Shown here: positions 10,512 to 20,689 of the stretch, in pieces
Numbering within the stretch: the stretch's first letter is position 1
How the letters are laid out: every line of letters begins with the position of its first letter
Source of the DNA: an uncultured Akkermansia sp.
GTDB lineage: Bacteria; Verrucomicrobiota; Verrucomicrobiia; Limisphaerales; UBA9464
NCBI GenBank assembly: GCA_964430505.1
Contig: CAYSGH010000010.1
Span: 13,959-77,958, forward strand
Reading direction: 5' to 3'
DNA length: 64,000 bases
Notes under the pieces: model-generated
What the model saw: the letters and a program-made list of their open reading frames with translations, nothing else
Told to the model about the DNA's origin: nothing
Database searches by the model: none
Position numbers and translations under genes: made by a program

Positions 10512-11168
10512 TCAAAAGCCCCGTCGCCGCCTCCGCATCTTGAACAGGCGCTCCGTGAAGCCCCCTTCCTTCTCAAACGCTCTCCCCAAGGCCTCCAGTT
10601 GCCGGCCCAGCAGGCTGCAAGCCACCTCCACCAACACCAACGCCGCATGGGCCGCAATCTCCGCGTACGTCCCGCCCGACGGCCGACCTGGCGTGGAAGC
10701 GGGGGGGATGGACTTGTTGGACTCGATGGACTCGATGGACTCCATGGACTCCCCCACCTCGCCCGCCCTAGGCCCTTCGCCTACCCCATGCGGTCCATGC
10801 GGTCCATCCCGTCCATCCCGTCCATCCCCCGCTTCCCGTTGCTCCTTCACCCATGCGGCGACGGCGTCGGCGGTGGTGCAGCGGAGGTCCACGAGGGATC
10901 GGCGGCGGGGATCGTTGCGGTCCCATTGCCTCAGGCCTCGCTGACGGAGGAAGTCCTCATAGTCCAGCTTCAGCTCCTCCAGGCTGGCGCGGGCGACGTT
11001 CGTCAGCCGCAGCTCGGTCTTCTTGGAGGTGCCGCTGGCCTGGCTGCCCTCGGCGATGTTTTGAACGCCGCTCCGGGCCGCTTGGACCATCGGGTCGTGC
11101 GTGCGGCTAAGGCGGTCGATGTATCGGTCGCAAAACCGGGCCGTCACGTCGTACACCAACTGGGCCAC
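10512..11168 (-). CDS. Four-helix-bundle protein (23S rRNA intervening-sequence protein family, suffix-domain type) with an internal tandem-repeat insert
   Basis: QLVYDVTARFCDRYIDRLSRTHDPMVQAARSGVQNIAEGSQASGTSKKTELRLTNVARASLEEL and the C-terminal GGFTERLFKMR. The listed start is a GTG. The conserved-looking upstream residues LIPSHGGYRRLKSFQ are in frame with no ATG/GTG/TTG, so the start is uncertain. Confidence 0.7.
   Translation of the reverse strand: MAQLVYDVTARFCDRYIDRLSRTHDPMVQAARSGVQNIAEGSQASGTSKKTELRLTNVARASLEELKLDYEDFLRQRGLRQWDRNDPRRRSLVDLRCTTADAVAAWVKEQREAGDGRDGRDGPHGPHGVGEGPRAGEVGESMESIESIESNKSIPPASTPGRPSGGTYAEIAAHAALVLVEVACSLLGRQLEALGRAFEKEGGFTERLFKMRRRRRGF
10710..10831. repeat. 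Two in-frame 9-nt tandem arrays inside the four-helix-bundle gene
   Basis: 10710-10754 has about 5 units of ggactcgat (ggacttgtt ggactcgat ggactcgat ggactccat ggactcccc). 10787-10831 has 5 units of catgcggtc/catcccgtc. On the minus strand these encode GDGRDGRDGPHGPHG and ESMESIESIESNKS. Confidence 0.9.
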
Positions 11169-11295
11169 CTGGAAGCTCTTCAGCCTCCGGTAGCCCCCAT
11201 GCGACGGAATCAGGGCCTCGTCCTCCCTCGGCGTGTCCGGGTCGTGCGTGGCGGCACGCCCGGACGCGCCGCACCCGGGCGCAAAGGCCGCCTGC

Positions 11296-13056
11296 CTAGC
11301 GCTTCGTCGGGTAGGCCGGCCACCACTTGCCCAGCTCCTCCGGCGTCTCCGGAACCTTCAGCGGGCGCACCACGCGGAACCCCAGGAACTGCGCGTCCGT
11401 CAGGTACCACTTGGACTTGGGCAACTGCGGGTCGCGCATCTTCCACGCCGCCTCCGAGGCCTTGCGCGCGGACGAGCGGAGCAGTTCCGGGTCGTCGTCC
11501 CAGGAACCGCCCCGGGCCACGTTGGGATACTCGGTGTCGATGGCCACGTAGGCCCGGTCGCCCACCTTGGAGTAATCGTCCACGTACCCGTCCATGACCC
11601 ATTCGGCCACGTTGCCCAGGATGTCGTGAAGGCCCCATGGGTTCGGCTTCTTCGTGCCCACCTTCCGGTACTTGCCATCCGCGTTGGCGAAGTACCACGC
11701 GTACTCGTCCAGCTTCGACTCGTCGTCGCCGAAGAAGTACCGCGTGGTCGTGCCTGCGCGGGCCGCGTATTCCCACTCCGCCTCGGTCGCAAGCCGGTAG
11801 AAGTGACCCGTCTTGGCCGACAACCAACGGCAGTACCGCGTTGCGGCGTAATGCGTCATGGAGATGGCCGGGAAACCGTCCTTGCCCATGCCAAAGCTCA
11901 TCTCGACGTACGGCGTCGTGGGACGGCTCACCGCATCCGCCTCCTTGCCCGTGTACAGGTTCTGGCCGGGCTTGGCCGCCGTGGGCAAGAGGTCCGGGAA
12001 GTTCATCAGCAACTCCCGGTCCACGCGCTCGGTCGGGACGTTGGTCCCCTTCTCGATGCTCGGGAACTGGAACACCTCGTACTCGTTCCACGTCACCTCC
12101 GTCTTGCCCATCCAGAACGGCTCGATCTTCAGCTTCCGCTGCGGGCCCTCGTCCGCCTTGCGTCCCTTCTCCCCGGCCGGGCTGCCCATCGTGAACTCGC
12201 CCGCCGGGATCGCCAGCATCTCGAAGGTGATGTCCGTGCCCGGCACCTTGCCGGTGTAGGCCGTCATGTCGGACGCGGCCTTCTCCTTGCTGGTCGCCAC
12301 GATCTTCGCATGGATCGCCTGCAGCATCGCCGCGTCGTCCCGCGCCAGCAGGCTCGTGGGCTCCTTCTGTGTCAGCACCAACCCGTCCGGCCAAACCGCC
12401 CCCTGGTCGATCCAGTTGCGGATCACGTCGCACTTCTCCTTCGACAACGGCCCGCCCTTCGCCTTCGGGGGCATCAGGTCCTCGTCGTCGGCCGGCAACA
12501 CCATCGTTGTGTACACCTTCGACTTCTCGGCATCCCCCACCACGATGGCGTCGCTCTTGAAGAACTCGGACTTCACGTCCATGCGCAGCTTGCCCTTCGC
12601 GTGGCCCTCCTTGTGGCACTGCACGCAATGCACCTCGATGATCGGCGCCACGTGCTTCACGAAGTCCACCTTCTCCTTCTGCGAAAGCTTGATCTCCTCC
12701 GGCCACTTCGCCCCCTGCTCAATCCACGCCTTCAACGTGTCCTGCTCCGCCTTCGTCAGCTTGTCGCCTTTCGGCGGCATGACGTCGTCATGGTCCGGCG
12801 GCAAGGTGGTCGTCGTGTACAACGGACTCTTCGCCGGGTCGCCGGGAACGATGGACGGCCCGTCCTCGCCGCCCTTCAACGCCCCCGCCAGCGTCACCAG
12901 GTTCAGCCCGCCCTTCGGCTTCTCGTCCCCATGGCATTTCAGGCAGTACACCTCCAGGATGGGGCGCACCTGGCGCTTGAAGTCCACGGGGTCGGCGGCG
13001 GTCACGGCCACCTGGCCGATCAACAATGCGGTGGAAAGGAAGGCAACTCGGTTCAT
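11296..13056 (-). CDS. Exported fusion of planctomycete-type cytochrome c domains with a formylglycine-generating-enzyme (SUMF1/FGE-sulfatase) domain
   Basis: ATG 13056 gives MNRVAFLSTALLIGQVAVTA (signal peptide). There are two CxxCH haem motifs (CLKCHGDEKPKGGLNL, CVQCHKEGHAKGKL). The C-terminal FTMGSPAGEKGR...EPFWMGKTEVTWNEY...RGGSWDDDPELLRSSAR is FGE-type. Confidence 0.85.
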   Translation of the reverse strand: MNRVAFLSTALLIGQVAVTAADPVDFKRQVRPILEVYCLKCHGDEKPKGGLNLVTLAGALKGGEDGPSIVPGDPAKSPLYTTTTLPPDHDDVMPPKGDKLTKAEQDTLKAWIEQGAKWPEEIKLSQKEKVDFVKHVAPIIEVHCVQCHKEGHAKGKLRMDVKSEFFKSDAIVVGDAEKSKVYTTMVLPADDEDLMPPKAKGGPLSKEKCDVIRNWIDQGAVWPDGLVLTQKEPTSLLARDDAAMLQAIHAKIVATSKEKAASDMTAYTGKVPGTDITFEMLAIPAGEFTMGSPAGEKGRKADEGPQRKLKIEPFWMGKTEVTWNEYEVFQFPSIEKGTNVPTERVDRELLMNFPDLLPTAAKPGQNLYTGKEADAVSRPTTPYVEMSFGMGKDGFPAISMTHYAATRYCRWLSAKTGHFYRLATEAEWEYAARAGTTTRYFFGDDESKLDEYAWYFANADGKYRKVGTKKPNPWGLHDILGNVAEWVMDGYVDDYSKVGDRAYVAIDTEYPNVARGGSWDDDPELLRSSARKASEAAWKMRDPQLPKSKWYLTDAQFLGFRVVRPLKVPETPEELGKWWPAYPTKR

Positions 13057-13182
13057 GCAACGCGGGCCGCAGCCTACACCGGTCGTTCGCCCCGGTGTCA
13101 AACAAGCCCTCCGCTCCGACGGCCCCGGATTCGGCAACATTCGATTGGCGACGCCCGCATCCGCCCCGCGACCCTCCCGCCC

Positions 13183-13872
13183 ATGAGCGCCGCGCCTCCG
13201 TTGTCCGCCACCTACTACCTCGACGTCCTCTCCTCCTGGTGTCACTGGGCTGAGCCCGCTTGGGTCGCCCTCCAACAACGGCACCGAGACGAGGTCGCGT
13301 TCGAGTGGAGAATCGCCCTCATGGACCCGTCCGGCATCGCCACCAGCCGCGAGCATTGCGACGCGTTCTATCGCCGGTCCGGCATCATCACCCGAGCCAC
13401 CCATCGCCTCTCCAGCGGATGGCTTGAGGACGGGGTCCGCGATTATTCCGCCCCCAACCTCGTCGCCGAGGCCGCACGGGACCTGGAAGCCGGGGACGAT
13501 CGCGCCCGCCTCGCCCTCGCCCATGCCGCCTTGGTCGAGGGTCGTCCATTGTCCCGCATCCCCGACGCCGCGCGCGTTGCCGCAGCCGCGACGGGCCTCG
13601 ACCCCGACCTCCTCGCCGTCCACGCCGACACCGAGGGCGTTCGTCGCCGCATCCGGGAGACGACCGATGAGTTCCTTCAACTGGGCGCGACGCAACGCCC
13701 CGCGTTCGTCCTCGAAAACGACATCGGGGACCGCGCCGTCCTGTCCGGGTTCCACCGGCCCGAGCCCTTGTTCGCGGCCGTCGAGGCCCTTCTGGCCGAC
13801 AGCCTTGCCTTCGCAAGCTGGCAGGCGCAGTTCGGGGACATGCCGGTTACGGGGCCGAAGCGCCGCCAATGA
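13183..13872 (+). CDS. DsbA-family thioredoxin-fold protein (HCCA-isomerase-like)
   Basis: ATG 13183 gives MSAAPPLSATYYLDVLSSWCHWAEPAW... This is only the last 229 codons of the 879-aa track ORF, which otherwise shadows the minus-strand FGE gene. Confidence 0.6.
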   Translation: MSAAPPLSATYYLDVLSSWCHWAEPAWVALQQRHRDEVAFEWRIALMDPSGIATSREHCDAFYRRSGIITRATHRLSSGWLEDGVRDYSAPNLVAEAARDLEAGDDRARLALAHAALVEGRPLSRIPDAARVAAAATGLDPDLLAVHADTEGVRRRIRETTDEFLQLGATQRPAFVLENDIGDRAVLSGFHRPEPLFAAVEALLADSLAFASWQAQFGDMPVTGPKRRQ

Positions 13873-14863
13873 AGTCCACGTCCGCGCTCAGCTCCGGCGT
13901 CAGATAACGGTCGGGGGCCTTCACCTTCACCTTCACCTGCAGCGTCCCCTTCTGTCGGCTCGCCTCCGGGGCAATCTCGGCCACCGTCGCCTCATAGCGC
14001 CGATCCCGGTACGCCTGCGGCGTCACCACGCAACGCTGCCCCAGTCTCACCTTCGCAAGGTCTGACTCCCCAAGGTCCACCTCCACCTGCAAGTCCCCCA
14101 GGTCCGCCACTGCCAGCAGGGACGTCGAAGGGCCGCGCCCGCTGCCGAACGACTGCGGCGTCACCAACTCGTCCGCGTCCACCATCCGCTCCAGCACCAC
14201 GCCGGTGACCGGGGATCGGATCGTGCACCATTCCAGCCACGTCTCGAGGAGCCTCCGTGCCCCCTCCACCTGCCGCAGCGTGGCCTCGGCCGACGCCAGT
14301 GCCAGGCCGGCGTCATCCAGCACCTTCTGCATCTCCACCTGCCCGCGAACGAGGTCCGTCGCGCGGCGCACGTCCATGCGCGCCTTGTCCACCGCGACCC
14401 TCGCCACCGCCACCTGTCCGTCGTTCTCCGCCATGCGCGCGCGGTACTCCGAGTCGTCCAGCCGCACCACCACCTGGCCGTTGGTCACCGAGTCCCCTTT
14501 GCGCACGCCGATCCACTTCACCACCCCCATGAAGCGCGGGCTCAGCTCAATGCGCTCGCGGGCCACGATGTAGCCCTGCGCCGTCAACGCCGATCCTTCC
14601 ACGCGCCCGGCCGACGCCGACGCCGTGGCGGGCGCGGACGAAGAAGCCGTTGCCGGCCCCGCTGCGGCATTGGTCCCCGACTTCATCTGGAGGTCCTTCG
14701 ACGAGGTGTGCGTGCGCTGGTTGTCGCCCGGGCGTGGCACGGCCAGCCACGCGACCACCGCCACCACCACGACCACTGCGCCGACGATCCAGCCCAGGGG
14801 GCCACCGCGGCGACGCTTGTCGTGGGACGCAATCCGAAGTCTCTCGAGGGGGTCCTGGCTCAT
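13847..14863 (-). CDS. Efflux periplasmic adaptor (HlyD/MacA-type membrane fusion protein)
   Basis: ATG 14863 (MSQDPLERL...), TM helix GWIVGAVVVVVAVVAWL, lipoyl/coiled-coil pattern VVKWIGVRKGDSVTNGQVVVRLDDSEYRARMAE...IRSPVTGVVLER. The start overlaps the upstream permease stop (ATGA). Confidence 0.85.
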   Translation of the reverse strand: MSQDPLERLRIASHDKRRRGGPLGWIVGAVVVVVAVVAWLAVPRPGDNQRTHTSSKDLQMKSGTNAAAGPATASSSAPATASASAGRVEGSALTAQGYIVARERIELSPRFMGVVKWIGVRKGDSVTNGQVVVRLDDSEYRARMAENDGQVAVARVAVDKARMDVRRATDLVRGQVEMQKVLDDAGLALASAEATLRQVEGARRLLETWLEWCTIRSPVTGVVLERMVDADELVTPQSFGSGRGPSTSLLAVADLGDLQVEVDLGESDLAKVRLGQRCVVTPQAYRDRRYEATVAEIAPEASRQKGTLQVKVKVKAPDRYLTPELSADVDFIGGASAP

Positions 14864-16113
14864 GCGCTCTTCAAGGCTGAAATCACCGGGGTCCGCGCGG
14901 CACGCAAGGCCGGCAACAGGCTGCCAGCCAGACCGATGAACACCGCAAACGCAAGCCCCAGGCCCATCAGGTCCGGCGTCACGCGAAACTGGAACACCGT
15001 CTCCGCGAAGGACTGGAAGTCGAGCGTGCCCGTCGTCAGCCCGTCGGTCAGGCGCGCCAGCGCGCACCCCGCCATCCCGCCCGCCGCCGCAAGGAACGCC
15101 CCCTCCACCATGAAGCACGCCACCACCGCCCGGCGCGAATAGCCGAGCACCCGCAGCGTCCCGATCTCGCGCGTGCGCGCCGCCACGCTCGCATACATCG
15201 TGTTCATCGCGGCAAACACCGCCCCCACCGACATCGCCACCCCCAGCACCGCCGCGATGTACTTGATCGGCTTCGCCGTCATCGTCTGCTTCGAGTAGTA
15301 GTCCACCTCGCCCTCCGCCCGGAGCGAGAACCGCCGGTCTCCCTCGATCCGCGCCACCAAGGCCCGAGCCTGCTCCGGGCCCGCCGGGCGCAGCAGCAGG
15401 CTCGAATACTGTTCCCGGTCAAACACCGTGCGCGCCTCGTCCGCGTCCATCCACGCCTCCGAGTCAAACGCGCTCCCGCCCGCCTCGAAGTGTCCCACCA
15501 CGCGCAGCCGCGCACGGCCTGCCTTCACCTCGCCCCCAATTCCAAAGTCCCGGAACCGGCGCGCCAACGACCGCGCCACCACGATCTCGCGGCGCCCGGG
15601 CTCGAACCATCGCCCTTCCACCAGCCGCACCTGCGGGCGCAGCTCCACCCCCGAGGCCGTCACCCCGCGCAACAACGTGTTGGCCTCGCCCGGCCCCTGC
15701 GCCCGCGCCGCCGAGATCACCGCCACCACCTCCGCCGAGATCACCGGGCGCCCCGCCGTGTTCCGCGCGATCCCCTCGAACGCCTCGATCGTGCGGAACT
15801 GCTCGCGCGTCACCAGGCTCCCGCTCTCGGCCTGCGACCCCTTGCGCACCACCAGCAGGTTGTCCGGGTCGCCCGTGCTCGCCGAGCTCGCCTCGATCCC
15901 GCGCGCCATCGCCCGCAAGGCCACGAAAACCGCCACCACGGCCGCAATCCCCAGCACGGTCGCCACCGACGACCGCCACCGCACCACCACGTTGCGCAGG
16001 TTGTACTGGATGGGCAGCCCCGCCAGCCGCGCAAGGCCTGCCACCAGCGCAAACGCGGCCGCCACCCCGGCGATCAACCCCAACCAACCCCATGCCTCGC
16101 CCGTGGTCCCCAT
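14860..16113 (-). CDS. ABC transporter permease, FtsX/MacB-type
   Basis: N-terminal TM helix, a large periplasmic domain, then a C-terminal three-TM FtsX block ([17 protein letters not shown]...). About 417 aa. Confidence 0.85.
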   Translation of the reverse strand: MGTTGEAWGWLGLIAGVAAAFALVAGLARLAGLPIQYNLRNVVVRWRSSVATVLGIAAVVAVFVALRAMARGIEASSASTGDPDNLLVVRKGSQAESGSLVTREQFRTIEAFEGIARNTAGRPVISAEVVAVISAARAQGPGEANTLLRGVTASGVELRPQVRLVEGRWFEPGRREIVVARSLARRFRDFGIGGEVKAGRARLRVVGHFEAGGSAFDSEAWMDADEARTVFDREQYSSLLLRPAGPEQARALVARIEGDRRFSLRAEGEVDYYSKQTMTAKPIKYIAAVLGVAMSVGAVFAAMNTMYASVAARTREIGTLRVLGYSRRAVVACFMVEGAFLAAAGGMAGCALARLTDGLTTGTLDFQSFAETVFQFRVTPDLMGLGLAFAVFIGLAGSLLPALRAARTPVISALKSA

Positions 16114-16122
16114 GCGCGCCCC

Positions 16123-17268
16123 TCAATCCAGCGTCTTCAACCCCGACACCACGCTCATCCGTCCCACCGAGATCGCTGGTCCCAGCGACGCCACCACTCC
16201 CAGCACCGCCGCCACCAGCCCCGCCGTGGCCATGATCCGCGGCGTCACCTCGAACACGATGAAGATCCCGCCCGTGAGCTTCTGGATGTCCAGCAACGTC
16301 CACGCCGCCCACGCGCCCCCAATCCCCAGCGCGCCGCCCAGCACCGACAACCCAAACCCCTCCGCGAGGATGAACCCCAGCAGGTCCCGGCGCTTGTACC
16401 CCAGCGCCTTCAACACCGCCATCTCCCGGAACCGCTCCCGGATCGCCATGCTCATCGTGCTCGCCGACACCAACGCCAGCGTGAACACGATCACCCCGTT
16501 CACCGTGCGTATGAGCGCCGCCACGTTCCCCAGCATCCCCACGAACCCCATCTGGAACGCCCGCTCGCTCTCCGCCCGAACCTCCGCCGCCGTGTTGGCA
16601 AACCGCCCGTCGATCGCCGCGATCACCCCGGGCACCTTCTCCGCCGACTCCACCCGCAGGTACCACGTCCCCACCGTCCCAAGATCGCCCGTCAGCTCGT
16701 CCAGCAGCTTGTGGTGAAAGAACACCCCCCGGTCGTCCACCGTCCCCTCGAACACCGCCGCGATCCGCAGGTCCAGGTCGCACGGGTAAAACGTCCCGCG
16801 AAACTTCATCCGGTCGCCCACCTTCAGCCCGTACCGCTTCATCGTGTCGCGCCCCACCATGCAGCCCGTCCGGTCCTTCACCCACGCGTCGTAGTCCCCC
16901 TCCGTGATGCGGCCCTCCACCAGCAACGACCGGAAGCGTACCGGCTCCACCGCGAACTGCGCGAAGCTCGTGAACTCCTCGTCGTTGTACTGCCCCCCGA
17001 AGTACGTGAACGGCGTCACCGCCACGATCCCCGGGATGCGCTCGATCTCCGCCAACTGCCGCGCCGGCAACGGCTGCACCAACGACACCTTGTTGCGCGC
17101 AATGATCCGCAGCGACGCCCCCTCCGACTCCGGCGGCACCGTCAGCTCCCGCTGCAACGTCATCATGCTCGTCAGCAACGCCGCGCTCACCGCCACGCTC
17201 GACACCGTCAGCAACGAACGCCGCGGGTTCCTCAGCGCGTTCTTCAGGATGAACGTCCACGTCGTCAC
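16123..17268 (-). CDS. ABC transporter permease, FtsX/MacB-type (second copy)
   Basis: GTG 17268 gives [32 protein letters not shown] and overlaps the ATPase stop (GTGA). C-terminal [24 protein letters not shown]. The upstream part of the 523-aa track ORF was rejected. Confidence 0.83.
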   Translation of the reverse strand: MTTWTFILKNALRNPRRSLLTVSSVAVSAALLTSMMTLQRELTVPPESEGASLRIIARNKVSLVQPLPARQLAEIERIPGIVAVTPFTYFGGQYNDEEFTSFAQFAVEPVRFRSLLVEGRITEGDYDAWVKDRTGCMVGRDTMKRYGLKVGDRMKFRGTFYPCDLDLRIAAVFEGTVDDRGVFFHHKLLDELTGDLGTVGTWYLRVESAEKVPGVIAAIDGRFANTAAEVRAESERAFQMGFVGMLGNVAALIRTVNGVIVFTLALVSASTMSMAIRERFREMAVLKALGYKRRDLLGFILAEGFGLSVLGGALGIGGAWAAWTLLDIQKLTGGIFIVFEVTPRIMATAGLVAAVLGVVASLGPAISVGRMSVVSGLKTLD

Positions 17269-17996
17269 CGCACGATCTCCCCCTTCTCCAGGTGCAGGCT
17301 CCGCGTCCCGTATGCCGCCGCCTTCGGGTCGTGCGTCACCATGATCACCGTCTTCCCCGCCTCCCGCGCCAACGTCGCCAAAATCCCCAGCACGTCCGAC
17401 GCCGACTTCGCGTCCAGGTTCCCCGTCGGCTCGTCCGCCACCACCAACACCGGGTCCGTCACCAGCGCCCGCGCAATCGCCACCCGCTGCTGTTGCCCGC
17501 CGGACAACTGGTCCGGCCGGTGGTGCATCCGGTCCCCCAACCCCACCAGCTCCAGCGCCGCGCGCACCTGCTCCCGCCGCTGCGCCCGCCCCAGCCGCGT
17601 CAGCATCAGCGGCAGCTCCACGTTCTCCGCCGCCGTCAGCACCGGGATCAGGTTGAAGCTCTGGAACACGAACCCCACGTACTGGTTCCGCCATTCCGCC
17701 AGGTCCGACTCGTCCAGGTTCCCCACGTTGATCCCCTGCACCTCCACCTCCCCGGACGTCGGCCGGTCAATCCCCGCCACGATGTGCAGCAACGTGGACT
17801 TCCCAGACCCCGACGGCCCCATCAACACCACGAACTCGCCGGGGTGGATGTCCACCGACACCGAGTTCAACGCCGTCACGTCGATGTCCCCTTGCCGGTA
17901 CACCTTCGACAGGGACCGCACCCGCACGATCGGAGCCCCGGTTGTCGCCGGTGGCGCCGCAGCCTTCGCAGCGGGCGTGGGTTCGGGCTCGTTCAC
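17265..17996 (-). CDS. ABC transporter ATP-binding protein (MacB/LolD-type)
   Basis: Walker [12 protein letters not shown], signature [15 protein letters not shown], Walker [17 protein letters not shown] start. Confidence 0.93.
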   Translation of the reverse strand: MNEPEPTPAAKAAAPPATTGAPIVRVRSLSKVYRQGDIDVTALNSVSVDIHPGEFVVLMGPSGSGKSTLLHIVAGIDRPTSGEVEVQGINVGNLDESDLAEWRNQYVGFVFQSFNLIPVLTAAENVELPLMLTRLGRAQRREQVRAALELVGLGDRMHHRPDQLSGGQQQRVAIARALVTDPVLVVADEPTGNLDAKSASDVLGILATLAREAGKTVIMVTHDPKAAAYGTRSLHLEKGEIVR

Positions 17997-18029
17997 GGCG
18001 CTGATGGGCTCGGGGTCCGGGTCGCGCCA

Positions 18030-19169
18030 CTACTTCTTGTACAACGGCTTCCGCGCCACCTCCGCCGGATGTCGCGTCCCCCGGATTTCCACCTCCAAGG
18101 CCGTCCCCGGCGTCGCCAATGCCTGCGGCACATAGGCCATCCCGATCCCCGCGCCGAGCGACGGGCTCTGCGTCCCGCTCACCACCACCCCCACCTTCTC
18201 GCCCCCGGCCCACACCGGGTAGCCCGGCCGCGGCGGGGCGGACCTGGCCGTCATCCGAAACGCAACGCACTTCTTGCTGACGCCCTCCGCCTTCTGCCGT
18301 GCCAGGACGGGGCGTCCCGAGAACTCCCCCTTGTCCAGGCTCACGAAGAACCCCAGCCCCGCCTCCATGGGCGTTGTCGCCTCGTCCAGCTCGTGCCCAT
18401 AAAGCGGGTAGCACACCTCCGTCCGCAACGTGTCGCGCGCGCCCAGGCCGGCCGGAACCAACCCATGCGGGCGCCCCGCCTCCAGCAGCCTCGCCCAAAC
18501 CGCCTCCACCGCCCCGGCGGGCACCACCACCTCGAAGCCGTCCTCGCCCGTGTAACCCGTCCGTGCCACCCACGCCTCCACGCCACCGAACGACCACCGC
18601 CCCAGCTCGTTCTTCTTCAGGTCCAACACCGACGCCACCGCCTTGCCGCCACCGGACGCGCCCGGGAACACCGACGCGATGAACGCCGCCACCGAGGGTC
18701 CCTGCACGGCCACGGCGGCCATGTCTCCGGATGCGTCCTCCACCTCCACGCCACCGCCGGGAAAGGCGGCGAGGCGCGACTGGAGCCATGCCACGTCCAC
18801 GTCCGCCCGCGATGCGTTGATGATGAGCAGGTATTCCTCCGTGGCCGTCCGGTACACGTACAGGTCATCCACGACGCCGCCGTCCTCCCGGCACATCAAC
18901 GTGTACTGCGCGTCGCCCACGCCGAGCTTCCGCACGTCGTTGGTGAGCGCCGAGTTCAGGAACGCCTCCGCCCTCGGGCCGCGCACCCACGCCTCGCCCA
19001 TGTGGCAGATGTCAAAGAGGCCCGCCGCGCGCCGCACCGCATGGTGCTCGTCCACGATCGACGTGTACTGCACGGGCATGTCCCAGCCGCCAAACTCGAT
19101 CAACCGCGCGCCCAGTGCTCGGTGGGCGGAGTGAAGGGGTGTCTTCCGAAGCGTCGTTTCCGTTTCCAT
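18030..19169 (-). CDS. gcvT: Glycine cleavage system aminomethyltransferase (T protein)
   Basis: [50 protein letters not shown] and the overall 379-aa layout. Confidence 0.93.
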   Translation of the reverse strand: METETTLRKTPLHSAHRALGARLIEFGGWDMPVQYTSIVDEHHAVRRAAGLFDICHMGEAWVRGPRAEAFLNSALTNDVRKLGVGDAQYTLMCREDGGVVDDLYVYRTATEEYLLIINASRADVDVAWLQSRLAAFPGGGVEVEDASGDMAAVAVQGPSVAAFIASVFPGASGGGKAVASVLDLKKNELGRWSFGGVEAWVARTGYTGEDGFEVVVPAGAVEAVWARLLEAGRPHGLVPAGLGARDTLRTEVCYPLYGHELDEATTPMEAGLGFFVSLDKGEFSGRPVLARQKAEGVSKKCVAFRMTARSAPPRPGYPVWAGGEKVGVVVSGTQSPSLGAGIGMAYVPQALATPGTALEVEIRGTRHPAEVARKPLYKK

Positions 19170-19231
19170 CTGCGCCGCAGCCTGCCCCGGATGCCCCCAG
19201 GCCGCGACCCGATTCTCTCATTGTCCGCCGC

Positions 19232-20689
19232 TCATCCCACCACCGCCTTCACCACGTCGCCCGCCACGTCCGTCAGCCGGAAGTCCCTGCCGTTGAGCCG
19301 GAACACGAGCCGTTCATGGTCCAGGCCCAGCAGGTGCAGCATCGTCGCGTGCAGGTCGTTCACGCTCACCTTGTCCTGGACCGCCTTGTGCCCCACCTCG
19401 TCCGTCGCCCCGTGGTGCACCCCGCCCCGGACGCCGCCGCCCGCCATCCAGTACGTGAACGCGTGCGGGTTGTGGTCCCGGCCCGGGTTCGAGCCCTTCT
19501 GCGACACCGGCAACCGCCCGAACTCGCCGCCCCACACCACCAGCGTCTCGTCCAGCAGCCCGCGCCGCGCCAGGTCCTCGATCAAGGCCGCCACCGGCTG
19601 GTCCGTCTCCCGCGCGAACCCGCGGTGGTTGCCCGTGATGTCCTCGTGGCCGTCCCAGCTCCGCTGGTTCTCCATCCCGCCGGAGTAGATTTGCACGAAC
19701 CGCACGCCGCGCTCGATGAGCCTCCGCGCCATCAGGCATTGCCCCGCGAAATGCCGGCAATGCGACTGGTCCAGCCCGTACAGGCGCCGCACTTCCTCGG
19801 GCTCGCGTCCCAGGTCGAAGGCCTCCGGCGCCGCCGACTGCATCCGGTGCGCCAGCTCGAAGCTCTCCATCCGCGCCGCCAGCTCGTCCGCCACCGGCGA
19901 CGCCTCGCGATGCTCCCGGCCCAGCTCCGCCAGGAGGTCGAGCTGGGCCCTTCTCCCCGCCTCATCCACGCCGGCCGGTGGCCGCAGGTTGTCGATGGGC
20001 TCGCCCTTCGGACGCAGCCACGTGCCCTGGTATACCCCGGGCAGGAATCCCGCGCCCCAGTTGCTCGCGTGCCCCTTCGGCAAGCCCCGGTCCAAGGGGT
20101 CGCTCATCACCATGAAGGACGGCAGGTTCCTCCCCTCGCATCCCAGCCCGTACGTCACCCATGACCCCACACATGGGAACCCCATGCGCGTCGAGCCGGT
20201 GTTGATCATGAACAACGCCGGGCTGTGGTTGTTCGACTCCGTGTGGCACGAGTGCAGGAACGCCATCCGGTCCACGTGCCGCGACAGGTGCGGGAACAGG
20301 TCGCTCACCCACGTGCCGCTTTGCCCGTGGCGGGCCCACGCGAACGGCGACTTCATCAACGGCCCCACCGACTCGGTGAAGAAGCCCGTGCGCTTGTCGA
20401 AGCCTGCCAGCTCCTTGCCATGGCTGCGCTCCAGTTCCGGCTTGTAGTCCCACGTGTCCACCTGGCTGGGGCCGCCGTTCATGAAGAGCCAGATCACGTT
20501 GCGCGCCCGCGCCCGCGCATGCGCCGGACGCGGCGCCGTCGGGTCCAGCGCCGCCGCGCGCGCCCGGCCGCCCAGCAACCCCGCGTCCGAAAGCACCGTC
20601 GCCAGGCCCAGCAGGCCCGCCCCGTTGCCCGCGCGCCGCAACATCTCGCGACGGCTCAGCCGCCCCTCACTCCAGATACGCGAATTCAT
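19232..20689 (-). CDS. DUF1501 domain protein (sulfatase-fold, twin-arginine signal)
   Basis: ATG 20689 gives MNSRIWSEGRLSRREMLRRAGNGAGLLGLA (Tat-like). DUF1501-type body (FMNGGPSQVDTWDYKPE..., WGGEFGRLP..., GRDHNPH). The track start at 20698 is a TTG. Confidence 0.88.
   Translation of the reverse strand: MNSRIWSEGRLSRREMLRRAGNGAGLLGLATVLSDAGLLGGRARAAALDPTAPRPAHARARARNVIWLFMNGGPSQVDTWDYKPELERSHGKELAGFDKRTGFFTESVGPLMKSPFAWARHGQSGTWVSDLFPHLSRHVDRMAFLHSCHTESNNHSPALFMINTGSTRMGFPCVGSWVTYGLGCEGRNLPSFMVMSDPLDRGLPKGHASNWGAGFLPGVYQGTWLRPKGEPIDNLRPPAGVDEAGRRAQLDLLAELGREHREASPVADELAARMESFELAHRMQSAAPEAFDLGREPEEVRRLYGLDQSHCRHFAGQCLMARRLIERGVRFVQIYSGGMENQRSWDGHEDITGNHRGFARETDQPVAALIEDLARRGLLDETLVVWGGEFGRLPVSQKGSNPGRDHNPHAFTYWMAGGGVRGGVHHGATDEVGHKAVQDKVSVNDLHATMLHLLGLDHERLVFRLNGRDFRLTDVAGDVVKAVVG

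Noticed and set aside
10710-10831. Possible CRISPR-like or minisatellite arrays (also 41900-41947 and 26852-26878).
   Set aside because: The units are only 9-12 nt, contiguous without spacers, and in frame within coding sequence. They are coding tandem repeats, not CRISPR.
11233-13182. First 650 codons of the 879-aa plus-strand ORF 11233..13872.
   Set aside because: It is antisense to the cytochrome-c/FGE gene and has no motifs. Only the terminal DsbA-like part from ATG 13183 is credible.
19170-19231. Glycine riboswitch upstream of gcvT.
   Set aside because: Only 62 nt separate the gcvT start from the preceding gene's stop. I could not find the conserved glycine-aptamer core by eye. An Rfam/Infernal scan would settle it.
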